A stretch of DNA of 64,000 nucleotides from NCBI RefSeq assembly GCF_902713615.1, contig NW_024055475.1, positions 186,001-250,000 of the forward strand, read 5' to 3'. This stretch comes from Scyliorhinus canicula (Eukaryota). The notes beneath the pieces were generated by a model. That model was given only the letters and a program-made list of their open reading frames with translations, was not told the DNA's origin and did not search any database. Both the position numbers and the translations under genes were made by a program. Positions 23,320-35,600 of the stretch are shown here, in pieces (positions within the stretch are counted from its first letter, which is position 1; each line of letters starts with the position of its first letter).

Positions 23320-26130
23320 AAAGGGAAATGATTAACCCACTCACTGTAGTTAATCCACTACACCCCTACTTTCCCAACAGAGAGAGGAGGAGGGGCATTC
23401 CTTTATCCTCTATGTGCTCACTTCCTCAAAAGAGAGAGAGGGGAGGTGAATTATTTAATCCACTGTACCCCCACTTCAACAACAGAGAGAGGCGGGGGGC
23501 CTTTAGTTAATCCATAGTACGCGACTTCCACAAAAAAGGAGACTGGGAGGGGCATCAGTTAACACACTGTACACCCACTTCCCCTGGAAAGAGATAGGCG
23601 GAGTGCCTTTAGTTAATGCACTGTACCCCCACTCTCCCCACAGAGAGAGGTGGAGGGTCTTTAGTTAATCCACTGTACCCCACTTCTACAACAAAGAGAG
23701 CGGGAGGGCCTTTGGTTAATCCACTGTACCCCCACTTCCACAACAAAGAGAGTGGGAGGACCTTTGGTTAATCCACTGTACCCCTACTTCCCCAACAGAT
23801 AGAGGGGGAGGGTCTTTTGTTCGTCCACTGTACACCCACTTTCCCGACAGAGAGATGGGGAGGGGCATTCCTTTATCCTCTGTGTGCTCACTTCTTCAAA
23901 ATCAGAGAGGGGAGGGAAATTAGTTAATCCACTGTACCCCTACTTTCCCAACAGAGAGAGGAGGAAGGGGCAGTAGTTAATCCACTCTGTCCCCATTTAC
24001 ACAAAAAAGAGAGGGGAAGAGGCATTCAGAAATGCCCTGCATCCCAACTCCCTAACAAAGAGGAAGGGCTATTAGTTAACCCACTGTGACCCCACTTCCA
24101 CACCAATGCGTGGGAGGTGAAATATTTAATACACTGTATCCCCAATTCGCCATCAAATAAAGGAGGGGAGTTTGTTAACTCAGTGTACCACACTTTCCCA
24201 ACAGAGAGAGGAGGGAGGGGCATTATTTAATGCACTGTACCCCCACATCCCGAACAGAGAGGGGGAGGGACATTAGTTAACCCACTGTACCCCCACATCC
24301 CGAACAGAGAGAGGGGAGGGGCATTAGTTAATGCACTGTACCCCCACATCCCGAATAGAGAGGGGGACATTAGTTAATCCACTGTACCCCCATATCCCGA
24401 ACAGAGAGAGGGGAGGGGCATTAGTTAATGCACTGTACCCCCACATCCCGAATAGAGAGGGGGACATTAGTTAATCCACTGTACCCTCACTTCACCAACA
24501 GAGAGGCGGAAGGGGCAGTAGTTAATCCACTGTGTCCCCATTTACCCAAAAAAGAGAGGGTAAGAGGCATTCGGAAATGCCCTGCACCCCAACTCCCTAA
24601 CAACGCGGAAGGGACATTAGTTAATCCACTGTGACCCCACTTCCACACCAATGCGTGGGGGGGGGGGGGGTAGGGTTGCAGTATTTAATACACTGTATCC
24701 CTAATTCCCTACCAATAAAGGAGGGGAGTTTGTTAACACACTTTCCCAACAGAGAGAGGGTGAGGGGCGTTAGTTAATCACTGTACCCCCCACTTCGACA
24801 ACAGAGAGAAACATAGAAACATAGAAAATTCAGCACAGAACAGGCCCTTCGGCCCACAATGTTGTGCCAAACCTTTGTCCTCGATTAAGAACAAATCAAT
24901 CTACACCCCAGCATTCTACCATAATCCATGTACCTATCCAATAGCCGCTTGAGGGTACCCAATGTTTCCGACTGAACTACTTCCACAGGCAGTGCATTCC
25001 ATGCTCCCACTACTCTCTGGGTAAAGAACCTACCTCTGACATCCCCCCTATATCTTCCACCATTCACCTTAAACGTATGTCCCCTTGTAATGGTTTGTTC
25101 CACCCGAGGAAAATGTCCCTGACTGTCTGCTCTATCTATTCCTCTGGTCATCTTATAAACCTCTATCAAGTCGCCCCTCATCCTTCTCCGTTCTAATGAG
25201 AAAAGGCCTAGCACCCTCAACCTTTCCTCGTAAGACCTACTCTCCATTTCAGGCAACATCCTGGTAAATCTCCTTTGCACCTTTTCCAAAGCTTCCACAT
25301 CCTTCCTAAAATGAGGCAACCAAAACTGCACAGAGTACTCCAACTGTGGCCTGACCAACGATTTGTACAGCTGCATCATCACCTCACGGCTCTTAAATTC
25401 AATCCCTCTGATAATGAACGCTGGCACGCCATAGGCCTTCTGCAGAGCTCATCCACTTGAGTGGCAACTTTCAAAGATCTATGAACATAGACCCCAAGAT
25501 CTCTCTGCTCCTCCACATTTCCAAGAACCCTACCTTTAACCCTGTATTCCGCATTCATATTTGTCCTTCCAGAATGGACAACCTCACACTTCTCATGGTT
25601 AAACTCCATCTGCCACTTCTCAGCCCAGCTCTGCATTCTATCTATGTCTTTTTGCAGCCGACAACAACCCTACTCACTATCCACAACTCCATCCGCAAAT
25701 TTACTGACCCACCATTCAACTCCCTCATCCAAGTCATTAATGAAAATCACAAACAGTAGAGGACCCAGAACTGATCCCTACGGTACGTCACTGGTAACTG
25801 GGCTCCAGGCTGAATATTTGCCATCCACCACCAGGAGGCACATTAATTAATCCACTGTACCCCCACTCCAACAACAGAGAGGGAAGGGGCATTAGTTAAT
25901 GCACTGTACCCCCACATCCCGAACAGAGAGGAGGAGGGGCATTAGTCAATCCACTCTACCCCCACATCCCGAACATAGAGGGGGAGAAGCATTAATTAAT
26001 CCACTGTACCACCAATTCAACAACAGAGAGGGGAGGGAATTATTTAATCCACTGTACATCCGCTTCCCCAACAAAGAGAGTGGGAGGGGCATTAGTTAAT
26101 CCACTGTACACCCACTTCCACAAGAAAAAG
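23320..26130 (+). repeat. ~55-60-bp minisatellite interrupted by CR1
   Basis: Unit approx. TTAGTTAATCCACTGTACCCCCACTTCCCAACAGAGAGAGGGGAGGGGCA. Higher-order ~545-bp duplication (~23968 vs ~24513). Confidence 0.92.
24803..25830 (-). mobile_element. 5'-truncated CR1 LINE
   Basis: ORFs MQSWAEKWQMEFN.. and ..RPQLEYSVQFW..QRRFTRMLP..; 8-nt tail repeat (aacataga)2 at the left end. Confidence 0.93.
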
Positions 26131-26759
26131 AGAAATGGGCAATATTAACCCATTCCACCTCCACGTTCCCGATGAAAAGAGGAGGAAGGTGATGAGTGGA
26201 CTCTCTGTATCTCCACCTCCTCAGCAGGGGGAAACCCAAAGAGAATTTGTTGAGTTGACCAGAGAGAGAGAGATTATTCACTCCAAAGAGAAAATGCTGG
26301 AAACTCTCAGCAGATTCCAGCATCCGCAGTAATTTGCTTTTATCCAGAGATGATTAGCTCACTGTCCTCCCAATCCCCAAGCAGGGAGTTTGAGAGCGGA
26401 CGGGTCTCTACTCTGAGGATTCAGTTACTGACATTACAAGTCGGCTTGTAGTTTACTGCCTGAAGATGTGAAAAGATCATCATAATAACGATGTTCTTTA
26501 AATATCTATTTATGCAACAGAATGTTACTTTTTTTTCCACTCTAGTTCCTCTTACCCATATGCTAAAACTGATTCCCCATTATCCAAATCCAGACTGGTG
26601 ACTGAATTCTCCCTGGGTTTCCACTGTTCTCTCCTGAGGCACCTCCTTGTATTTTTGGATTGGGTCAGTTTGCATCTCACACAAAACACATTTATATGCA
26701 GAAAGTTCAACATATTCTACAACGGTGCCAATAATACCCACAACTGGCAAAGCTACAGG

Positions 26760-27360
26760 TAGCTGATACAAATACACAGACACACAGTTAAACAGACTTA
26801 AACACAACACATACATACACCCCTCTCCCACAAACATATACACATGCACACATGGACACAAACACACACATAGACACACACACACAGAAACACATACATA
26901 AACATACACCCAGGCACGACGAACCACACATATATTGACACAAGAACGCACGCGAGCGTGTACAGAAATGCACAAACATGCACACAAACCCAAAAAAACA
27001 CACGTTTATACTCACACAGACACATTGGCGCATACACACACAAATATACGTACACAATCAGGCACACAAGCACACACAAACATACGCATATACCCAGATG
27101 TCCACACAGATACACAAAGGTGCAAACGCAAACATATAAAACCAAACAAGTAGACTAACATCAGAATATGAAACACAAATGTAACCAATAACATATTCAA
27201 TCGCACAATTTCACAATGACAGAAGTATAGAATTAAGGACAGAGACAATAATCCATATTACCACAATTAGGGGTACACGTAGACATATGTCAGCAGACTC
27301 GTACACATGTTAACACGAATATACATGAGTGCACATGGAGACATCAATACACAAGTAATT
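26760..27360 (+). repeat. CA-rich low-complexity tract (continues at ~27890-28090 and ~33750-33930)
   Basis: acacacata-type degenerate sequence split by later insertions. Confidence 0.75.
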
Positions 27361-27559
27361 CATAGTTATAAACAACCATCATTTAGCACCGGGCTAAATC
27401 GCTGGCTTTGCAAGCAGACCAAGGAGGCCAGCAGCACGATTCAATTCCCGTAACAGCCTCCCCAAACAGGCGCTGGAATGTGGCGACTAGGGACTTTTCA
27501 CAGTAACTTCATTTGAAGCCTACTCGTGACAATAAGCGATTTTCATTTTTTTTTCAGCA

Positions 27560-27890
27560 ACGCATACACAGCACTGCTGTCTCCCAGTGCCAAAGGCCGG
27601 GTTCAATTCCAGCCTTGGGTGACTGTGTGGAGTTTGCACGTTCTCCTGTGTCTGCATGGGTTTCTTCCGGGTGCTCCCGTTTCCTCCCACAGTCCAAAGA
27701 TGAGCAGGTTAGGTGAATTGGCTCCATTGCCCCTTAGTATCCAAAAGGTTAAGTGAGGTTATGTGGTTATGAGGGTGGGGCGGGGGCGTGCACCTCGGTA
27801 GGGTGCTCTTTCAGAGGGTCGGTGCAGACTCGATGAGCCAAATGGCCTCGTTCTGCACTGTAGGGATTCTATGATGATGATTCTATGATG
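27560..27890 (+). mobile_element. V-SINE/HE1-like SINE with CR1-type tail
   Basis: gggttcaattcc B box, V-domain-like gtgtggagtttgcacgttctcc, tail ttctatgatgatgattctatgatga. Confidence 0.8.
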
Positions 27891-28086
27891 AAACACTCAC
27901 ACATATACATGCACAAACGCGCTTATCCAGACACAAACATTAAGACACTGACATGCATGTTGAACGCAAAAGGCCACAATAACACATATTACTAGGCAGG
28001 AAAGTACAAACACATATTAACACAGGCATTAATATATAAACATAGACTTCAACACATAAGTATACTCAATAACAGACTCATATTAA

Positions 28087-28315
28087 GGCAGCATGGTGGC
28101 GCAGTGGATTAGCCCTGCTGCCTCATAGCGCCGAGATCACATGTCCGATCCCGGCTCTGGGTCACTGTCCGTGTGGAGTTTGCACATTCTACCCGTGTTT
28201 GCGTGGGTTTTCCCCCAGAACCCAAATTATGTGCAGGCTAGGTGGATTGGACACACTAAATTGCGTCTTAATTGGACAAAAATGAATTCTGTACACTAAA
28301 TTTATGAAAAAAATA
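28087..28315 (+). mobile_element. V-SINE/HE1-like SINE
   Basis: ggcagcatggtggcgcagtgg..gtgtggagtttgcacattct..A-rich tail. Confidence 0.85.
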
Positions 28316-28338
28316 AATAACACACTCCTGTACACATT

Positions 28339-31300
28339 TTTTTTCAAAGTTTATTCAGAGTTTTCAGTAAGTTTATAAAACCCTCCAAAAAGGAAAATAA
28401 TACAAAGAAAGGTCAACATGCCAACAGAAAAGAACAACTTAACCCTCTAAACGATAAACAGTTTGGCAAATTAACAGTAAATTCAAAACAGGATAGAGCA
28501 TGCGCCCCTTACAAAAAGGAAAATAAATCGCCCCCCCCCCCCCCCCGGTTGCTGCTGCTGTTTTTTTTTAAATAAGGTTTTGCAAAATTTTCCATATCAA
28601 ATAGTAATAATCTTAACACAGCAACTTAGTAAACATTAACCTAGTGCATAAAGAGAGTATACATCAGCAATCCATTAGACGTTACCCGACGTGCCTCAAT
28701 CCTCCAACCCCCTCCCATCGGGGCACTCCCCCCCCCCCCCCCCCCCCATGGATCGCTGCTGCTGCTGAAGTGTTAATTTTCCCCGCGAAGCCAGCAGACG
28801 GTATTGTGCCCCCGCTCAACAGCGGCAGCTCTGTACCCTTGGCAAAGTTATTTACACGCATATGTAGGCATTAGTTCGTGGTTGTCCCTTGCTTCTTCTG
28901 GACGGATTTCGCTGACGTTGTCGTCTCGTGCGCACTTCCGCTTCTGCGGCCCTCCCGTCTTCCCCATTTTCTCTGTTCCTGTGGATGCCAAGTTTGTTAA
29001 CGTTTCCCTGTCTCCCCCCTCCCCTTCCCTGGCTCTCCTCTATTGTTCCTGGTCTCTCCCCTCTGCCCCCCTCTCCCTGCTTCTGCCCTCCCCCCACCCC
29101 TCCCCCAGCCCTGTGGTTCGCCTTTCCTTATTCTTAGATTTAGCTGTCCCCCCCCCCCCCCCCCCTCCCGGTCTATCTCTCCCTCTCATGCTTTGGCTAC
29201 TTTCCCGATTCTTGGCTACCTGGCTATTCTTCTGCTTGTTTGTTGGCTCGAACAGGTCTGGGAACAATTGGGTGAACGGCTCCCACGTTCTGTGGAAGTC
29301 GTCATCTGACCCTCGGATGGCGAATTTGATTTTCTCCATTTGGAGAGATTCCGAGAGGTCGGAAGCCGGTCTGCAGCTTTGGGTGGCGCTGCTGACCGCC
29401 AGCTGAACTGGATTCTATGGCGGGCAATCAGGGAGGCAAAGTCAAGGGCATCCGCCCTCCTCCCTAGGAATAGATCTGTCTGGTCTGAAACCCCGAAGAC
29501 CGCCACTTTCGGGCATGGCTCCACCCTCACCCCCACCACTTTGGACATGGCCTCGAAGAAGGCTGTCCAGTACTCCACAAGTCTGGGGCAAGACCAGAAC
29601 ATGTGGGCGTGGTTGGCCGGGCCTCTTTGGCACCGTTCACCTCTGTCCTCCACCTCCGGGAAGAACCTACTCATACGGGTTCTTGTTAAGTGGGCTCTAT
29701 GTACCACTTTTAATTGCGTCAGGCTGAGCCTTGCGCACGTGGAGGTGGAGTTGACCCTATGGAGTGCTTCGCTCCAGAGTTTCCCAGCCTCTTTCGATCC
29801 CCAGGTCCTCCTCCCACTTCCTTCTTGTTGCGTCCAGTACGGTGTCAGTCCCTTCTACCAGTCGGTCGTACATGTCGCTACAGTTTCCTTTGTCTAGTAT
29901 GCTTGTGTCTAGTGACTCTTCCAGTAGTGTCTGTCGTGGTGGTTGTGGGTATGTCCTTGTCTCCTTTCGTCGGAAGTTTTTTAATTGCAGCTACCTTAGC
30001 TCGTTCACCCTGGCTAGCTTGAATTTCTCTGTCAGTTCGCCCAGTGTTGTGATCCTGCCGTCCGTATATAGGTCCATAACTGTCAGTATCCCTCCGTCCT
30101 GCCCTCACCTTTTGAAGGTGGCGTCAGTCAGCGCTGGCGTGAACCTATGGTTGTTGCAGATGGGAGCTTTACCTGACATTTTAGTCAGGCCAAATTGCTG
30201 CCGTAGTTGGTTCCAGGATTGGAGGGTGGCTATTACCACCGGGCTGCTGGAGTGTAGTTTGTGTGGGGATGGGAGTGCTACCGTGGCGAGGGCCCGGAGT
30301 GAGGTCCCCCTGCAGGAGGTCTCCTCCGCGCGCACCCACTCGGCTTCTGGCTCTTTGATCCATCCCCTTTCAGTCGGTGATTACTTTGGGAATAGCGATC
30401 ACAATTCCATAAGTTTTAGAATACTCATGGACAAGGACAAGAGTGGTCCGAAAGGAAGAGTGCTTAATTGGGGAAAGGCAGAATATAACAAAATTCGGCA
30501 GGAGCTAGGGAATGTGGATTGGGAGCAGCTGTTTAAGGGTAAATCCACATTTAAAATGTGGGAGTCTTTTAAGGAAAGGTTGATTAGAGTGCAGGACAGA
30601 CATGTTCCTGTGAAAATGAGAGACAGAAATGGCAAGATTAGGGAACCATGGATGATGGGTCAAATTGTGAGACTAGCTAAGATGAAAAGGAAGCATACAT
30701 AGGATCGAGGCAACTCAAAACTGATGAAGCTTTGGAGGAATATCGGGAAAGTAGGACGAATCTCAAGCGCGCAATAAAGAGGGCTAAAAGGGGTCATGAA
30801 ATATCTTTGGCTAACAGGGTTAAGGTAAATCCCAAAGCCTTTTATTCGTATGTAAGGAGCAAGAGAGTAACGAGAGAAAGGATAGGCCCACTCAAAGACA
30901 AAAGAGGGAATTTATGCGTCGACTCAGAGGAAATGGGTGAGATTCTTAATGAGTACTTTGCATCGGTATTCACAAAGGAGAGGGACAAGACAGATGTTGA
31001 GGCTCGGGATGGATGTTTAAATACTCTTGGTCAAGTTGTCATACGGATGGGGGAAATTTTGGGTATTCTAAAAGACATTAAGGTGGACAAGTCCCGAGGA
31101 CCGGATGAGGTCTATCCCAGGTTAGTGAGGGAAGCGAGGTTCGAAATAGCTGGGGCCTTAATAGATATCTTTGCAGCATCCTTGAGCACGGGTGAGGTCC
31201 CGGAGGATTGGAGAATTGCTAATGTTGTCCCTTTGTTTAAGAAGGGTAGCAGGGAAAATCCAGGGAATTATAGACCTGTGCGCTTGACGTCAGTGGTAGG

Positions 31301-33735
31301 CAAACTGTTGGAGAAGATACTGAGGGATAGGATCTATTCACATCTGGAAGAAAATAGACTTATTAGTGATAGGCAGCATGGTTTTGTGCAGGGAAGGTCA
31401 TGTCTTACAAACCTAGTAGAATTCTTTGAGGAAGTCACAACGTTAATTGATGAGGGAAGGGCTGTTGATGTCATATACATGGACTTTAGTAAGGCGTTTG
31501 ATAAGGTTTCCCATGGCAGGTTGATGGAAAAAGTGAAGTTGTAAGGGGTTCAGGGTGTACTAGCTAGATGGATAAAGAACTGGCTGGGCAACAGGAGACA
31601 GAGAGTAGTGGTGGAAGGGAGTGTCTGAAAATGGAGAAGGGTGACTAGTAGTGTTCCACAGGAATCCGTGCTCGGACCCCTGTTGTTTGTGACCTACATA
31701 AATGACCTGGAGGAAGGTATAGGTGGTCTGATTAGCAAGTTTGCAGATGATACGAAGATTGGTGGAGTTGCAGATAGCGAGGAGGACTGTCAGGGAATAC
31801 AACAAAATATAGATAGATTGGAGAGTTGGGCAGAGAAATGGCAGATGGAGTTCAATCCAGGCAAATGCGAGGTGATGCATTTTGGAAGATCAAATTCAAG
31901 AGCGGACTATATGGTCAATGGAAGGGGGCTGGGGAAAATTGATGTACAGAGAGATCTGGGAGTTCAGGTCCATTGTACCCTGAAGGTGGCAACGCAGATT
32001 GATAGAGTGGTCAAGAAGGCATACAGCATGCTTGCCTTCATCGGATGGGGTATTGAGTACAAGAGTCGGCAGGTCATGTTACAGTTGTATAGGACTTTGG
32101 TTAGGCCACATTTGGAATACTGCGTGCAGTTCTAGTCGCCACATTACCAGAAGGATGTGGATGCTGTGGAGAGGGTGCAGAGGAGGTTCACCAGGATGTT
32201 GCCTGGTATGGAGGGTGCTAGCTATGAAGAAAGGTTGAGTAGATTAGGATTGTTTTCATTGGAAAGACGTAGGTTGAGGGGGGACCTGATTGAAGTCTAC
32301 AAAATTATGAGAGGTATGGATAGGGTGGATAGCAACAAGCTTTTTCCAAGATTGGGTGTGTCAGTTACAAGGGGTCACGATTTCAAGGTGAGAGGGGGAA
32401 AGTTTAAGGGAGATGTGCGTGGAAAGTTTTTTACGCAGAGGGTGGTGGGTGCCTGGAACGCTTTACCAGCGGAGGTGGTAGAGGCGGGCATGATAGCATC
32501 ATTTAAGAGGCATATGGACAGGTATATGAACAGGCGGGAACAGAGGGAAGTAGACCTTGGAAAATAGGAGACAGGTTTAGATAAAGGATCTGGATCGGCG
32601 CAGGCTGGGAGGGCCGAAGGGCCTGTTCCTGTGCTGTAATTTTCTTTGTTCTTACAAGCTCAGCCGTCGCCGCCCAGTGGTAGAGTTGTAGGTTTGGGAG
32701 GGCAAGCCCCCCACTGGATTTTGTTTTTTAGAAGACCTTCTTTGTGATCCTAGCATTCTGCCCCCCCCCCCCCCCATACAAACACCTTGATTAGTTTGTC
32801 TAGTGCTTTGAAAAATGCCTTGGGGATGTAGATCGGGATGGATCTGAATAGGAAGAGGTACCTGGGCAGCACGTTCATTTTGATCGTCTGGACTCTCCCC
32901 GCGAGGGTGAGTGGGAGTGTGTTCCATCTTTGCAGGTCCTTTTTAACTTCCTCTGTCAGGCTGGTGAGGTTCCATTTGTGGATCCCTTTCCAGTCATGGG
33001 CTATTTGGATCCCCAAGTAGCGGAATTTGTGTCGGGCTTGATTAAATGGCAGTCCCGTTAGTGCTGCCCCCCTCTTTGCGGGTGTACCGGGAAGATATCG
33101 CTTTTGCTCATATTGAGTTTGGAGCCCGAGAAGGCACCAAACTCTTTCAGGAGTGCAATGATTCTGTCATGCTGCTCTGTAGGTCCGAAATGTAGAGGAG
33201 CAGATCATCTGCATAGAGTGAGACTCTGTGCTCTCTGCCGCCCCGTCGGATCCCCCTCCATCTTTTAGCCACTCTGAGCGCAATTGCTAGTGGCTCGATC
33301 GCTAGAGCGAACAGCAGCGGAGACAATGGGCATCCTTGTCTGGTGCCCCTGTGCAGCTGGAAGTATCAGGAGTTGGTGTTGTTTGTCCGTACACTCGCCA
33401 TGGGAGCGCTATATGGGAGTTTTACCCAGGAGGTGAATCCTGTTCCAAGCCCGAACCGCTCCAGTACCTCTATGAGGTATTTCCATTCGACTCTGTCGAA
33501 GGCCTTTTCTGCATCGGGGGAGACGATCACCTCTTGTGTACTCTCCCCGGATGGGGTCATTATCACGTTCAGCAGGCGCCTAATGTTCAAAGTAAGCTGT
33601 CTACCTTTGACAAAGCCCGTCTGGTCTTCCGCTACCACCTCTGGCATCCTTTTGGCTAGGATCTTGGCCAGTATTTTGGCATCCGCGTTCAGAAGTGAGA
33701 TTGGTCTGTATGACCCACATTCCATTGGGTCTTTG
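28339..33735 (-). mobile_element. 5'-truncated L1-clade LINE with 17-bp TSD, split by a CR1
   Basis: RT motifs YRPISLLNADAKILAK, DAEKAFDRVEW, QGCPLSP, YADD; C-terminal CERCQRGPANHAHMFWSC knuckle; AATAAA and polyA at the left end. TSD acactc(c/a)tgtacacatt at 28322-28338 and 33736-33752. Confidence 0.93.
30370..32653 (+). mobile_element. 5'-truncated CR1 LINE nested in the L1
   Basis: RT: NYRPVRLTSVVGKLLE, YMDFSKAFDKV, FADDTK; several stops; tail ttttctttgttctt. Flanks rejoin as L1 ..AELVRGWI.. over a shared ctt. Confidence 0.95.
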
Positions 33736-33934
33736 ACACTCATGTACACATTGATAGAAGATAAACAAAGTATACATACAGGCGCTGACACACAAATACA
33801 CAGATCAGTACTCATTGGCACATGAACACACACAATGGCATTTTTACATACATCTGGACAGACAAAATAAGCAAAACATGAGATCCTCATCCACACAGAC
33901 ACAAATGCTAAAGAACAAACACAAATATCAGGCA

Positions 33935-34110
33935 AGGGGCGGCATGGTGGCGTAGTAGTTAGCACTGCTGCCTCACGGCGCCGAGGACCTGGGTTCTATC
34001 TTGGCCCTGGGTGACTGTCCGTGTCCGTGGGTTTGACCTCCACAATGCAAAGATGTACAGGGTAGGTGGATTGGCCACGCTAACTTGCCCCTAAATTGGA
34101 AAAAGAAAGT
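33935..34110 (+). mobile_element. V-SINE/HE1-like SINE (internally deleted)
   Basis: ggggcggcatggtggcgtagtagttagcactgctgcctcacggcgccgagg.. Confidence 0.8.
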
Positions 34111-34273
34111 TACAGAGATCGGTTGTTGAGCGTCACGAACTCTACAGTAGCTATGCAATGAAAAATATATTAGAGAATGAATGATCAGATAAAGAAAATT
34201 AAATGAGAATATTAACAATATATCCTGGATTAATAAACAATCTGATTATATTTATTGGATTCTATCCTCATAG

Positions 34274-34401
34274 ATACCACAGACCACACCTGGACTGAAG
34301 GCGATGAGGATGATAACGGGAACATCTGGACAACCGCTTCCACATTCATTACCCTGTTCTTCCTGAGCATTTCCTACAGCGCTGCAGTCACTCTGGTGAA
34401 G
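34274..34401 (+). CDS. IGHM: IgM TM1 exon
   Basis: tcctcatag|AT; DTTDHTWTEGDEDDNGNIWTTASTFITLFFLSISYSAAVTLVK with the CART motif; phase-0 donor AAG|GTGAGA. Confidence 0.97.
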
Positions 34402-34540
34402 GTGAGAAGATTCAATCCACTCACACATCAAACTGACAGAAGCCGTTTAAAGATCGCTAAATGTTTGATTGATTAAAAACTCTGACATCAATGTCCCCGA
34501 TCATAAATATCTGCTTTATTATTTTCTCTCTCTTTTACAG

Positions 34541-34549
34541 ATCGAGTGA
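34541..34549 (+). CDS. IGHM: IgM TM2 exon (IE*)
   Basis: Strong acceptor ttttctctctcttttacag|ATC GAG TGA after a 139-nt intron. Confidence 0.85.
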   Translation: ME

Positions 34550-34953
34550 TCAGTTGACTTTCGGACGCTGTAGATTTTCCTCAGCTGTTTATTATGATCT
34601 GTGTGTGACAGAAATACAATATCTCCTCTTGGTGACTCTAACAGTAAAATTCTCTCAGTTTATTATTCTGCATCTGTAACTGAGACAATCATGGACAATA
34701 TTTCTGTTTTCAGTTTGAAATGTGCGCGATGATTTTGGCTGTAATGTAGTTGTAGCTAATAATTTCTTTCAATGTCATGTCTAAATAAGTATCTTATCTC
34801 GTTCCTTATGTAACTGTTGCCTTCCCTTTATGTTGAGCTCCTGTTCTCTTTCCTGTGTCTGTTACAGTTGTACATATATTTGGCAGCTCAGAGGGCATGT
34901 GTTCTGTTCTCACTGTGACCCTCAATTGTTATGTTCCCTTTTGTTAACTTCAA

Positions 34954-34959
34954 AATAAA
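34954..34959 (+). terminator. Membrane-form polyadenylation signal
   Basis: AATAAA followed by a U/GU-rich stretch; more AATAAA near 34989 and 35016. Confidence 0.65.
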
Positions 34960-35384
34960 CTTTTGTGTAATATTTTCTCTGAAATTTTAATAAATATTGA
35001 ATGAAAAATGAAGAAAATAAAACTAATCTCAACTCCTTTCTCTAAGGTGCATCGGCACTGATCCTTTCCCCCGATTATACAGTTGTCTCCCCTTTCCCAG
35101 ACAGATATTTCTCACCAGTCCTGTCTGGGATGTGTCTGAACGCAAGGCCCCTCAGTGAAAGAGCCAAGCGGCCCATCCGGGTAAAGCCAACTTCACCTCT
35201 GCCTATTTATGGTAAACTGCAGAGATAGAATGCCAGCTGAAGAATTCCACTGATTCACTACCCTCTGATGGAAGAAATGTCTCCTCATCTCTGTCCTAAA
35301 TTTGAGACCCCTTACTCTTAGATTATACCCTTTGGTCCCAGACTCTCCCACAAGAGGAAACAAGGTGATTTTTCAGGCTGTGTA

Positions 35385-35600
35385 ACTGGTTAAAGCTCTT
35401 TCCACAGTCAGTTCACTGGAACACTCACACTGGGGTGTGTGTGGGTCTCGGGCTTTTCCAGTCACACTGATGTTTGAAATCTCTTCCCTCAGTCAGAACA
35501 GACAAACACATTGACAGTTTGTGATATTTAGATCCTAATGAATTGAGTGACTGTCAGATCTCGATGTTATATTTGGTTCCACTTGCCCAGCTGCCAATCC
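35385..35600 (-). pseudogene. ZNF terminal-exon 5' remnant
   Basis: Reverse complement matches 38620-38845 and 53940-54090 (gatctgacag..tcagtgtgactggaaaagc..gaactgactgtggaaa.gagctttaaccagttaca). Confidence 0.7.

Noticed and set aside
23320-26130. CRISPR-like look (constant TTAATCCACTGTAC plus variable segments)
   Set aside because: Vertebrate intron; the 'spacers' are homologous to each other; no cas genes. It is a minisatellite.
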